Source: Pavona decussata
Lineage: Eukaryota
DNA: 64,000 bases
Assembly (NCBI GenBank): GCA_977016875.1
Contig: CDRNST010000137.1
Coordinates: 124,001 to 188,000, forward strand
Reading direction: 5' to 3'
The translations under genes were made by a program, and so were the position numbers. The notes under the pieces are model-generated. The model was not told where the DNA came from, searched no databases, and saw only the letters and a list, made by a program, of their open reading frames with translations. Below are positions 48,805 through 61,431 of this stretch, one piece after another; position 1 is the first letter of the stretch, and each line of letters begins with the position of its first letter.

Positions 48805-51800
48805 CTGAAATACAACATGAGATTTCCATGTTAACACCTAAAATACCTCAGGTCATGGCTATTCTTACCAGTTCTTGGAGTGCAGAGACATGCAAAAATT
48901 GACGATAAAAACCGGCGTTTCGGTGTATTCAGGACGCCATTGTCAAGGAGAAATTAAAAAAAAAAAAAAAATTTCTCCTTGACAATGGCGTCATGAAGAC
49001 ACCGAAACGTCGGTTTTTATTATTGGTTTTTATCGTTAATTTTTGCATGTCTCTGCATTACCAGTTCTTGGAGTGAATAAAATAAACACAATATTTTCAC
49101 AAAAAGTGATACAGTTTTTCGAGCCCGGCTAAGTGGCCCATAATCTCAGAACTTAATCTGGTTTATTTTCCATGAAAGGGCCGCTGGACCCCACAGGGTG
49201 GGGGTCGGGTAATTAACCAGGAATGACTGTTTCCCTGAGTAGATGGGATGCTTGTTCCCTTTAGCATTCAGTTGTCGTCAATACCCATTTCTACACCTGG
49301 GTAGAGTCCGAGACAATGTGGGCCAATATTTTTTGTTTAGGAAAGAACACACTGACAATGAGGACAATGTAGAGACAGACCAAGCTGGTTCACATTCGGT
49401 ACCTTAACCCCTGTCACTCCCAGGAGTGATCAATGTGTAATTTCTCCTTACATTATCAATACATTGCCGACCAGACAGGTGATGAAAATAAAGACAATCA
49501 TCAACTAGGTGATATTGTTTTATGTAACACCAAATTGTGTGAACTAACTTTAAAAAGAATTGTATGACAGTTAGTTGGGAGAATTAACATTCAGATAATG
49601 GGAGTGAAAGGGTAATAGACAAAAGATCTGTAGATAAAGGGCCTGGTAGTCACAGAAATTGTATACAGACTCAGTGGCCCCTGTGCTAAACTCAGTGGCC
49701 TAGTACAAGGTACACCGTGCTCTAACATTGAACGCCACCTACCGCTATACATGCAATACTAAGGCCAAACAGATAATTTTCATGGAAACAAAATAAAACA
49801 CTTAAATGCCATAACAGAGTAATGGCTGGACGTTATTTGAGTATTGTAATACTTACAGATATCGTTCAAGGGCGGCGTATCGTATATCCCTTCAAACCAC
49901 ATGGATTTGTAGTTTTCGTGTATTGTGATGTTCACAACTTTACGTCTTTGCTCAAAGCGATCATCCCTTTCCTTCAGATGGTGATCTCCAAGAACCGCCG
50001 TCCAGTCTGCTGGATTACTGGACGTAAAAGGGTCTAAACAGAATAAAGAAAACTTGGAACCTAAACATGTCAGGAGTAAATAAAAAATAACAAAAACAAC
50101 AATGGAACAGTGTGATGGAAAACTTTTGATGGCGAGACGAGAGGAGAATGGGGACGAGGTGTAACGCGGACAATATTCTTTCCCTTGGTTGAAACAATTA
50201 AAAGATCCATAGCCTCGATTAAGGGAAAAACAAAAGTCTACAAGATAAAAATACTGCTGAATGTTAAAACGTTTGCCTCTAATTATCATTAAGTAAAAAA
50301 AGCCCAAAACAAACAAAATGGAGGTGGTTGTAAGGGGGGGGGGGGGTGGGGGTTGCTCTGGTTCAAGCCGTTGTTGTGGTAAAGCAAACAAACAAATAAA
50401 ATAACCAAAAAAGGAAGTTTATTGCTTTATAGGTTGAACTGTGAGGTTAACAAGCAACGTGAGTTCTGACGGTGTAAAATGTTTCTGAATTCTAAACGTA
50501 AGTGAACTGCGCTATCGAGTTGTACAATTGGTTGGGAACATTGTCCGATGAAATCTTTATTAAATCCAGAAGATATACTATTTTTCTTGTGATTGTAAGA
50601 ATGTGAGTCTCAGCAGGAAGAATAATGGTTGCTGGCATCGGTTTCCATTACTTTTCAGGACTTAAACTTTGACGCATCATTACCACTGTTTATCAGTTCA
50701 TACAACAACAACGGTATCCTACAAATCCTACGTCAACTGACAGCATTATCGTTCGCGGTCCTTTGCAGTTTTCACGTCTATCCAACAAATGCCTAAACAT
50801 TGGCGAACAAGGTATGGTTATTCTCTCGATCGAACTGTAATCAATATGCGGCTTTTACCTTATTGTAGCTTATAAACTGACGATAAATATTACAATACTC
50901 ACTAAAACAATGGGCTGTTGTCACTATCCACGTGTTTGATATGACTGCGCCGCCGCAGTAGTGACTTCCTTTAAACAACAGCGCCGCCTGCCATGGCCAC
51001 TTTCCTTGGGAACTCTGGGAGCCACCCACAATCCTTTTCACCCGTCGGCCTGTAGTGTTCTTGTTTCTTATCTTTCGGAGGCCGCATTCTTGAGGAAAGA
51101 CTAAAAACAACGGACATATCAGCTGGTATGGAAGCCGCTAAACGGTGTCAAAAACGACTTAACGCTTTTGGTATATAGAAGACCCCTATTTTATCTACTT
51201 TAATATTTCGCTTTATTATTAAGCAGGCTCTTTCATTACGGCTTTATTTAGTTTTTTCATATTGAATGGTATGTATTACAGGATAAGATTGCTAAAAAAG
51301 ACAGCTTCGCGCTTTAAAAACTATTAGTAAATCAACTATGATAGAAGGTTACGCAGTTGAATCAAAAAATCAAATGTGGGAGAACGCATCATTTCGAGAA
51401 CGTTACAAGGATCGCAAAAAAAACAAAAAAAAAAAAAAAAAAAAAGCGAAACCGGACCCTGAACACGACAGGAAACTACTGCCAACTGCTTGATTGGATT
51501 TTCATTTCACAGTGCTAATACATAGGGCCGTGTCTACTCACGGGTCCTCGTGGTCTAAGGCTAGCAATCCTGACATAACGTTTGTGTCGTCAAAGGAAGT
51601 TTATTAGAAAAAGTAACTACAACAAAGGTAGTAAAAAAAAAGACGTACTGGAATCCATAGAGGGTGAAAACGACGATGGCCGTGCTGAAAAAGAAAGAAG
51701 AAGAAAAAAATGACGAGCAGGTTAATGATAGGTTCTTTCAGCGTTGCTTTGTAATAAAGGAGTTTCTTAAAAAAAGCTTTACCTGTCGTGTGTTGTGGTG

Positions 51801-53309
51801 TCGATGCATCTGCAAATTTAAAAGAAATATACACACAATAAGAAAATAAGATATCACTTTTCCAATTCAGTTATTCTCCTGGAGCAATTTGTTTTGAGTT
51901 ATCTCAGGAGCGGACCGTTCACATCTTCTTAAATTTCCAGCTGTTAACCTTTAAGCCCTAACAGTGATCAGCATCAAATTTCGCCTTGTAATATCAACGC
52001 TTATTCAATCCCTGAGGTTATGAGAATTAAGGATATGATCACCCTAGGTGAATATTATTTAAACTTCCCCCAGTACTTTTATAATAAAAGTATGGGGACA
52101 AGATAGGAGAATTTGTTCTTTGATATTACGGTCAAGAGACTACAGCTCTTCTCCAAACGTTTGTTCCAAGAATCTAACCTTAAGGTCCAAAAAACGTTTG
52201 ATAGTGATTTTATTATATCACCCGGGTACATCAAGAATCAAATTCCATGACAGCGGAAGTGGCACAGCGGACATGAGCGGAAAATACGGCTTACGATTGA
52301 AATTAACTGGAGTAAAATCAAAAACAGCTGCTAGTGAAAAGGAGCAACTGTGGACAGGAGGATCATCACATCACCAATATCATTGATCTCCGCTGAAAGA
52401 GCTGTTCCGCTATCTAATCCCCTTCCCTCAATACACGGCCGTCGAAAATATTACCTTACCTAACCTTAAGATGAAGACTATTTTGCCCGCTATCAAAAAA
52501 AGCAAGCTAGAGAAGCCATTCTCGAAAGAGCCGCCTGACTTTACAAATAACATAATAACATATGTACTGGTGTAACAACCTGTTTCAGCTTTTGGTTGCC
52601 ATAGCAGCTAACCACAGCCCTTGCACTACATAAAATGATAAATATAAGGTGTTATAATGAGTCTGGTATAACTATGAGGTAAAGAGTCAAACCTTTGTTT
52701 ACTAGAGTATCAGGTCTTCCTCAGGGGAGGGGGCAGAAATGCCCTTTCCCCCTCCCCCCCCTCCGAGAAGCCTGATACTCAAGCTAAACCTTTTTTGACA
52801 AAAGGTCTTATATGTAATACCTGGCAAAGGTGTCACTTCCAATTCCAGTGGTGCAAAATCTGCGATAAAAACAAAAAATAAAAAAAACTTTTCGAATGAA
52901 TTGCCATTGTTGGCTTTCGCGTCAACAGTTCTACCATCCTTCAAGGCTGCAGGTGCGTGAAAGCATGCTGTTTGTTCTGCTTACATTATTTACGTCGAGT
53001 CAGGAAGAAAAGAAGGACAAATCGCTTATAACAGAAAGCCTTGTTTTTTTTCTTTATTGCAAAAATTCATAGGTGGGTGCTTTTTCTGTCAGCATTACGT
53101 CATGCGCTGTTTTGTCCATTTTCGCGCAAAACTTTCACCTTTTTTCTCCTGTCTCCCTTCCCCTCATGTCGTTAGAGATTTGTTTTGCTGATTGCGTAAG
53201 ATACGTGGATGAGAACAACGAATAATAACCGTGTAAAATAATATATGTGACTGAGCTTACCACACAACGTAATCACACTCAGACAAATCAAAAGCTCCCC
53301 CAGCAACAT
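48332..53309 (-). CDS. Secreted S1A trypsin-family serine protease, 7 coding exons, about 328 aa (whole-gene span)
   Basis: Exons 53261-53309, 52821-52859, 51783-51809, 51649-51684, 50903-51088, 49857-50033, 48332-48804; all junctions phase 1. Signal peptide [23 protein letters not shown]|[35 protein letters not shown]. Confidence 0.88.
48865..49075. mobile_element. Penelope-type remnant: palindrome with a variant hammerhead motif and an 18-bp flanking direct repeat
   Basis: ttaccagttcttggagtg at 48865 and 49058; inverted arms 48881-49057 around an A-run. Confidence 0.7.
49404..49615. mobile_element. piggyBac-type MITE; related degenerate copies at about 23660-23867 and 51944-52130
   Basis: ttaacccctgtcactccc...gggagtgaaagggtaa (TTAA followed by a CCC terminus). 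Confidence 0.7.
49857..50033 (-). CDS. Protease exon: Asp102
   Basis: VLGDH...IHENY...NDI. Confidence 0.92.
50903..51088 (-). CDS. Protease exon: activation site and His57
   Basis: CGLRK...RVKRIVGG...WPWQ...CGGAVI...TTAHC. Confidence 0.93.
51649..51684 (-). CDS. Protease micro-exon ([12 protein letters not shown])
   Basis: Long pyrimidine tract plus ttcag| acceptor, |gtacgt donor, 36 nt. Confidence 0.55.
51783..51809 (-). CDS. Protease micro-exon (DASTPQHTT)
   Basis: ttgcag| acceptor, |gtaaag donor, 27 nt. Confidence 0.55.
52821..52859 (-). CDS. Protease micro-exon ([13 protein letters not shown])
   Basis: tcgcag| acceptor, |gtatta donor, 39 nt, phase 1-1. Confidence 0.6.
53261..53309 (-). 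CDS. Protease exon carrying the signal peptide [16 protein letters not shown]
   Basis: ATG at 53309 with an in-frame TAA upstream; donor |gtaagc; the exon's acceptor is at 53351. Confidence 0.7.
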
Positions 53310-53842
53310 CCTGGATACCGTTGAACGATGCCGACGTTATTTTTGGATCACCTATAAAGGGTAGAAAATATTGAACAATGCCAGTGAAAAACGTGCGTGT
53401 TTTTTTCTTATAAAACTTGCGTGCTTGACAGCGCACTCTAGTCTGATTGTAACATGGAAAAGTTTGGACGATCTTGTGAGCCCCATCAAAAATTTTGCAG
53501 ATTTAACTGATCCGAGGCTTAGCAATTTTGTATTAAATTTCTGGAAAAGTAGCGCCTTTTCTTCTTGAAATGTGGTTTAAGACCGGTGTTTTGATGGCCG
53601 CGTTCACAACGCCCAGCCAAGATTATTGCTCGGCTGCAGCCATCTTGTCATTAGCTCCCCCGGGCATTAGCTCTCACAGTGTGGTTCTTCATTTTGTGTG
53701 TTCAATCTTTGTATTCTCCATTGAATGGTTCTTGGTACTTTTCAGTTGTGAGGGTTGAAAACTTGACGAGTGCTCCCCCCTCCCTTCCTTCTAGTTAATG
53801 GAATCGCTCATTAGAAGAAATCAGGGAAATCGCTTACAAGTG

Positions 53843-54145
53843 CAGTTGACTCCCGAGTAACTAGAACCACTGATTAGTTTTCATCGACTTCTTTTGCTGC
53901 TTTGTATTGTTTTGTACACTACTGTACTATCTTCAGATCTGTTTTGGTTTGTTAGCAAAATATCGTTCCGTATTTAGTCTTTCTGATTTTAAAAACACTT
54001 TCTTCAGTTTCTTTGAAAAGCAGTCAAACGATGTAAGCATGAAAACACTGTTTTATTTCTAATTTTCAGTTATTTGTTGCCATCTCCCGATAAATCGAGC
54101 CTTTTCTGATTTCCCACAAAGATTCGAGTTATCAGGAGTCAACTG
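53843..54145. mobile_element. Tigger-like MITE
   Basis: cagttgactcccga...tcaggagtcaactg. Confidence 0.7.
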
Positions 54146-56181
54146 TTGTCCCTAAGGACGGGGCGGGGGGGGGGGGGGGGGTGCTGGTGTAGGAAGAACT
54201 GGGCTGGGAAGCCACTTATATTAGTATCCTATTATTAGCGTATTAAAAACAGCAGTAGACGAAGTCCCTCTTGCTCGACTGATCCTTATTGGCAAACTCC
54301 CAATAGACTTTGTTACCTTGCGCAATTTTTGCGAGTGAGTCAATTTGTGCCTAATCCGACACTGGATTACTTGAGTCAGGGCTCCGTTTAATTTTCACTG
54401 TACCTCTAGGACAACTAAGGCGATTACTTTGATTGATTCTACATCTGCTCTCTTTTTATAGGTATTTAATCTGTGACTCTGATCGTTCGAGTTGGAAACC
54501 ATGCACGCAAATGCTGTGCCTAATTATGTCATCAACACTTTTAACAAGAATATGTGAAATAGCAATCCTACCTCGCAAACTGGTGATACTGACCAAATCA
54601 AAATAAATTGAAAAACCAAAATTGCCATTAAATGAGACCAAGAAATGCTGTCAACAGTTACAAACGACTCTTGAGAATAGACAGATGCCTCGCCCGGTGT
54701 AAACTCCAGTCTTCTTGGCTTGCATTCCAAAAGTCTGGATCGTTTGTAGTGTGTTGACCTGGGAAACTTAAAACAACGCAACTCTTCTTGTAATATAAGA
54801 GGGACGTTGTGGCCGAAATCCTGATAGCGCTTTCATCAAACACTATAATACGGTGTAATCCGTGCGCCATACAAGGTACCGAAATATATTTGAGTCTTGA
54901 GACACAACCGATCATAACATGCCACTAACTATTAAAGAAAGGTAATATGTTACCTCAAATAAAAAACTCTTCTCTTTAAAGCTCAGTTTAGGCAGTTGTC
55001 TTGGTTATGCCAGATGGACCAGCCGAATGTCCGTCTTGTCCGAACGTAGCCGCTCCTGAAAGCTCCCTCACATGCACAACACCTCAGTGTTGGAGTATTG
55101 CGCACCAGGGCTACAGACTTGAATAAAGAATTTACAGCGTTTTATCTGTCAGTATTTAACCGGACAGGAAGTAATTTAATTTGCTTATCTTGACAGTTTT
55201 GTATGACTTGATGACGCAAGCTGGGACAGACAGTAAATACGAGGTGAGAGAATCACCTTAATATCTCGAGAAATCTTTAAAGATGGCACTCAGAGGTGAA
55301 GCAGAATGGTTGTAAATAAATAAGAACTTACGGGAAGGTTAGTCGCAAGAGACATGGTGCGTCATCACTGATCAGTACCAGCCACGATCTCGTCTTCACC
55401 GCAGACGTGTCCTATTTCATTTGAGCGGTAAGATAACAGACGTGTGGACCTATTAAGTGTTAGTTATTAACTGTTTAATTTATAGTGACATCACAACTCT
55501 CTAGACAATTTATGAAGAACACAGAAAAGCTGAATTCAACACTGAATTAAAAGTGGTGTCAGTTGAAACTCACACAAAATCGTTGCGGACTAGTCGAGTG
55601 CTACCACTGCACTTCGGTATGGAGAAAAAAATCAACTACCCTCTCTGATCTCAGTCCGCCAGAGGTAATCAATATCGATTATCAGTATCGCCAAAGGTTA
55701 TAATCAACAGGAGCCCATGAGTCATCGGCTCCTGTAATCAATCGATATTGTAATCAATCGCCGATTTCTATCGATTGATATCGGTAATCGATAACAATCG
55801 AACTCACAGAAATTTTTCTCTCGATTGGCAAAAATCGATAATCCATCTTGTCCTGACTGCAATCGATAGTTTGGAGTCTTGTTTTTTCAAGCATATAACT
55901 ATTTTTCTGAACAGAAGATGGCAATGCTATTGTATTGTTTAACAAACAGTTCGTTGTCATTAGTACTACCGTATTGATACTTATTTTCGCGATTTTAAAA
56001 CCCGCGAATAAAAATCTTCGCGAAATTTAATACCCAACTGAGAAAATTCAAATCACGGAAAAAAATGATTAACATGTAATAACAACAACACATACAGTAT
56101 ATGTATCGACAAATATACAAATTATTAACTGGTTTTACTGGTAAGTTCCATTTTGTATCTTATGTTGTGATAATTTTTAAA

Positions 56182-56670
56182 TACAGTAAAAACCCACGTA
56201 TAAGAACCTAGAATTTTTGGGTCCAGGCTCAATGGGTTCTTATATTTTGGGGTAGTTTTTCCGAAGTCAGGCTGATTAGGTTCTTAGTAGGTTCTTATTT
56301 GTAGGATTTGTCATAGTGATACAAAAAGTCAGGGCACTATACAGATTCAAGTCCCAAGACTACACCAGTACAATTTTATACAGTACTACATATTCTATAC
56401 TCTGTATTTAAAAGATTTTCAATTTTGAAGTTTCTTCATTGTACTACATACTGTATTAAACAAGTAATTTTCATGGTATATTTCTCAGAAATTTCACAAT
56501 TTCCAACAAAATCCAGTTTTTGGCCTTACAATAAGTGTTTTTTTTTTTTGTATAAGAGCCTATTTTACTTTGCCAGGCTAAATAGGTTCTTATATATTTG
56601 GGTATTAAAATGCCCAATTTCAGCCTGTAGGTTCTTAAATCACTAGGTTCTTATACGTGGGTTTTTGTTG
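56182..56670. mobile_element. MITE (TIR cagtaaaaacccacgtataagaaccta)
   Basis: Inverted termini and internal ggttctta repeats. Confidence 0.78.
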
Positions 56671-57129
56671 CATGCGTTTTGCTGGTTCCAGTTTACCTTA
56701 AAAGCCAATTTTCAAATATGCGTTTTGCTGGTTCCAGTTTATCTCAGTAGAAATTTTTAAGGTTTAGACTTTTGAAAAATAAAATGAAGTTAAGAACGCT
56801 TGAATTGCGAAATTCAATGCTCTTTTTTCATATGTGCCTTTTGAAATCACGAAAATAAAACCCCGCGAAATACTTTCTCGCCAATATCGCGAAAGCTCAG
56901 CTGTTTGGTCACGTGTGCTGTTGAGTTTTCGTGAGTTTTTCGTCTCGCGAGGCCTGAGGAAAATATCTGTCTTGTTTGATATTTGAGATTTCGCCTCGCG
57001 AGGCGAAATTCTCACGAAAACTCAACTGCACACTTGAGGAAACAGTTCAGCTGATTGCCTCGCGATGTCTCGTAAGGCAGTTTGCTCAGCTCTTTCCTCA
57101 AGTGTGCGGCAGGCTTTACCCCATCTTCT

Positions 57130-57344
57130 TAGTCTGCGAGCAGTCTCCTTTCGTTTGCTCGAGAATCCGCGAAGAACACAAGACATTTGAAGTGCGAACG
57201 GCAAAGCCGCGAGTAGCGCGGGCAGAGGAAGGCGCGGCTTTGCCGCTCGCGTGCGCGACGTGCCCCTTCGAATATCGTGCTCGCTCAGTTTTTTCCGTTC
57301 TTCCCCGTGGATTCTCGAGCAAAGGAGAGACTGCTCTCAGTCTA
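57130..57344. mobile_element. TAG...CTA non-autonomous element with a 9-bp target-site duplication
   Basis: ccatcttct|tagtctgcgagcagtctc...gagactgctctcagtcta|ccatcttct. Confidence 0.85.
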
Positions 57345-58822
57345 CCATCTTCTCTATGTTTAGCAATACCCAAAAGAGCGTCTGCAAGGGAGGCTACCGA
57401 TACCCAGGAAATCCTTGAAGACCTCAATTAACGTAGTAGATAGTTTGAAATGTACATTCCAAACAAAGATCGAGATATGCCATACTGTGTACGATTATTG
57501 GGGACATTTTAGCCAAACGCGTTGTCACAAAACAGTCTAAAACTGTATTTTATTAAATTATGTTTTTGTTACAATTTTATAAAATAAATAAACGTTTCTA
57601 TGACTTCTGTACAAGGGAGTTTCTTCTTTTTCGTCTTTTCCTTTGAGAGGTTCATTTTTTTCAAGTTATTTATACAATACAACACTGGAAGGTCAAGACT
57701 TGGTTGCACCTTTGAAATGAATACATTGGGGTTTAAAAACGAACTCATGCTAACCACCTAATGCACAAAGATTTAATTTGCTGTTTTGCAGACATCAGTA
57801 TCACACTATAGTCACCACAATTTTGGATTCTCCCATAACCGAGGTAAAACCACAAAACATTGTACGTGTTTTTTCAAGAAGCGACCAGACCATGGCACTG
57901 ACGATTCAACTCCTCTCCGTCAGAAGGATGCTTGTTGAATCAGTTGTCTGCTTTATTTTTGCTTGGTGATCCGGCGGAGTTGTCTACTGATCTGATTAAC
58001 TTGGTCAAAACCTGCGCCTGATAAAACACACAAACAACGTTTTTAAGTATTCATGGAAGGTATTAAGACAGGTCTATTCTAAAAGGTGGCCCGCCTACGC
58101 AGATCTTTTAGGGTCATTTTTCATGAAAGGAAACCGAAGACATTTTATACCTATCAAAATTCGAAGCAATTTGATTGGCGAGTGACAGTCCTCCAAAAAC
58201 GGACCTATTCACATGTCAAACATCTATGTAACCAGAGAAACATAGACGTTATTCAAAAAATTTTCACCACGTTGGATACTTTTAAAAGTGCAAATTCAAT
58301 GCGAGAAATAGGTGGTAATATTGAGTATCAGGCCTGCGGGAGGGGGTGGGGGAGGGGGGGAAATCAGCCCAATTACCACACAAGCAAAAACTAATACTTG
58401 TTTGGAAATTGAACCTCTGCTTTGTGAATTTTAAAATCCGACGTATTTTAAATGGGTGTTTGGTTTTATCGACAGAGTTTATAAGGTAATTTGGCCGATT
58501 TCTTTTGTGCGTTATTGTAAAATTTGCATCTTGAATAAAGTATGTTATGATAAAATGATGATTCACGATAAAACACTAAAAAATTGAAAGCTGTAACGGT
58601 CAAAAACTGAGACGGTGTACAAATATGAACATAATCTGTGAAGATTTCCAATGGTGCTCATCCCTCCCCGGGCATTAGGATTACTTGAAAACAAAGCCGC
58701 AAATACCTCACAGCCGGGACAAATAAAAGCGTTCAAATGCCCTGGGGGACCGAAGTTTATTTTAATGAAAGTTAATTAAACGGTGGAGTGAATTGAACTG
58801 GGGTGGACTGCACTGGGTTTCT

Positions 58823-59092
58823 AAAACAGGGATTTGTAAACATGGATTTGTAAATATGGATTTGTAAAACGACGATTTGTAAAACATGGATTAGTGAAAC
58901 GATGATTTGTAAATTGTAAAACATGGATTTGTGAAACGCGGACTTGTAAAACATGGATTGGTAAAGCGTGGATTTGAAAAACATGGATTTGTGAAACGTG
59001 GATTTGTAAAACATCGGTTTGTAAAAATAGATTTGTAAAACGTGGATTTGTAAAACGACGACTTGTGACATGAACTTGTAAAACATGGATTT
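58823..59092. repeat. Minisatellite of a ~15-bp unit (ggatttgtaaaacat), about 18 degenerate copies
   Basis: Directly visible; it also explains the repetitive ORFs in all three minus-strand frames. Confidence 0.92.
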
Positions 59093-60057
59093 TCTGAGTG
59101 GACGCGGGCACACTGCTTCGTTAGGTATATGTTGATTGCTAAATAATCACTGTCTCTCTTGCGTGAATATAAAACGATGCGACCTGATGGATTATGTAGT
59201 GATCTAATCAGCATGCGCATATTTCGTATTTATTCCTTTGTCCACGTGCTTATATTTTCTACCAAGAGGAATGCAAACAAGCTGATTGCTCAAACATTTT
59301 CCAGAAAGCTGTTGAGTCTTATTTTTAATTGACGTTTTTTTTTGTCAATCGAGTGTATATGGTTTGCCATGGTTTTCTTGAAGCGCATGATCAACGTTGT
59401 ATCCCCGGCTTTACCCGAAAATTTATTTCAATACACATGCAATTCATGGGAACAGAGTTGTGCCGGACAACTCGTACTTGTCCCGACTGGTTTTCATAAT
59501 ATGATGGCAAACAATCGCAGTCAATCACAAAATCAGCCGTCGAAAAATTTGCAATGATTGTTTCGGTGAAAGAACAACGAGTAGTTACCCTTCGGTCCAA
59601 GTTTACAATGTATGTATTTTCATTGAGCACCAATTCAAAGGGATTTCCACAAATTAGATAAACTAAGTAAACAGTATAAGGTTATTCCAAACCATCGCAG
59701 ATGTTCTTCAGAGAAAATTTGTATGCGCGCCTTTTTTTATGGAAACCCTAGAAAACTATATATCAGTGTAAAGCTTATAAATTGTAGGATCTGAAATGAG
59801 GCTACTTTTGAACGTCTTTGCTTTGGTGGGTGCGCGCAAGCCCTGAAATGCAAAACTGACGGTGTGTGTTCTTTGACTGAATTACCAGCCCTCACATTAA
59901 TGAAGACATTCCATACATGGGCTAACAAAGTGTGTCAGGCTTTTCCGATATTGCAAAGTTTGACAATGGAATACTTTACAATGAGTCTCATGGGCTGGGA
60001 CGCCGCAAGAAAGCTATTTCGAATTTCGCAAAAGCCTGACACGCTTTGGTGCATTAA

Positions 60058-60293
60058 TAGAGAGCTTAAGCACCACGTTTACGGCAAACGGCAAACGTGA
60101 GATTATGTTTTCTTGAAAATATGAGTACGTAGATGAAAATAGAACAAGATAATTCTGGCCCTTTAATTCTAACGCAAAAACACTCAATTTTTCTGAGAAA
60201 CTTAAAACAGCGAGCGGCAAATGAAGGATAAACATGGTCACGTGGTCATTTCTGCCGTTTGCCGTTTGCCGTAAACGTGGTGCTTAACCTCTC
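60058..60293. mobile_element. MITE (TIR gagag.ttaagcaccacgtttacggcaaacggcaaacg)
   Basis: Near-perfect inverted termini of about 38 bp. Confidence 0.82.
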
Positions 60294-61249
60294 CAATGTG
60301 TGACCAACACATTGGCTAAATTTCGTCAAAATCTGATAACTTTAGATACCCTATAAATTCATTTGAATGGAGGCAAAACTCGCAAAAAACTTGTTACTTG
60401 TGGCAAAACAATCTACCAAAGGCATAGTTTGGTCACCAATGGGCAAAACTAAAGGAAATCGGTGTTTCGCGCTGTGCCTCTCTCGATTCTTCTCTGATCT
60501 GTGAAGTTGAAGGTTGTTTAAACCATGAGCCCTTGTCACTCCGGTTTGTTTCCAAGCCTTTCCGTTCTTATAAAACGTTTCATGGCGACAAAATACCTCC
60601 TACCTCAACGAGAATTTTCTAACAAACATGACACTAACATTGCCAATTAGATGAAAAAGAAGCTTCTGGATAAGCCTATTTGCCGGGAAAAGGTCAGTGG
60701 TATTGTTCATGCCTTTTGGAGATCATGACACTTCGATGGTTCATTAACTTTTATTCAAAAAAATTATTTTCCTCAATATTCAACTTGCGCGGATTTTAAG
60801 GTTTACTTTTTCTGCGTTCGGAAATTGTTTTAATGAATGAACTTTAATTTGGCAAAAAACTATTTTTCATAAAACTAGCCCAGCGAACCCTTGCAATAGC
60901 CTTAACTTTTCCTTCGCTAAAGTTATATTGTGGCTAAATCGTCTCCTTTCAAATCCTCGTTTCTTGGTTACCGTTATACAGTGAGTGTTGTGACGCATTT
61001 CTAATTCTCATGTATACAAAAATTTTAGAGGTTCTTGAAAATCTAGTTGTGCTGAAACTGCTCCCGCCTGTGCAAAAGCTTTTGCTGTTAAATGTACGCC
61101 ACATCCCATCGGACAGGTGGACAGCAAATTATCGCAAAGAATTGTGAAAGATCGTAAAATAAAATGTGTGTTCTACCTGCCTCCTTGCAGAATTAGCCGA
61201 ATATGAACTTTTATGGTTCGAGATACGGTTGCACGGCTGTAAAAGTGAA

Positions 61250-61431
61250 TAAACCTTATTCCAAAGTGGCTTCCATTTTAATATTCTTTTGTTTGCATTC
61301 AAATTAGCTCTTTTGCCTCGTTCAAAGTAAAATACTCTTCTGAACTTTGAGCTTAAGAACGAGGTGAGAAGGGCTAATTTGAATATCAACAAAAAGATAT
61401 TAAAATGGTAAGCATTTTGGAATAAGGTCTA
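61250..61431. mobile_element. MITE (TIR accttattccaaa..g...ccattttaatat)
   Basis: Inverted termini of about 40 bp. Confidence 0.75.

Noticed and set aside
54456-54641. Coding exon giving the protease an extra N-terminal domain
   Set aside because: That frame is closed by a TGA just upstream and matches no domain I recognise; ATG 53309 already gives a complete signal peptide.
56976-57431. 151-aa ORF and its antisense ORFs
   Set aside because: They run across a GC-rich non-autonomous transposon with a TSD and show no protein-family features.
58772-59220. Repetitive ORFs (FYKSMF / TNPCF / LQIHV pentapeptide repeats)
   Set aside because: They are open in all three frames simply because of the 15-bp minisatellite, and no splice or start context supports them.
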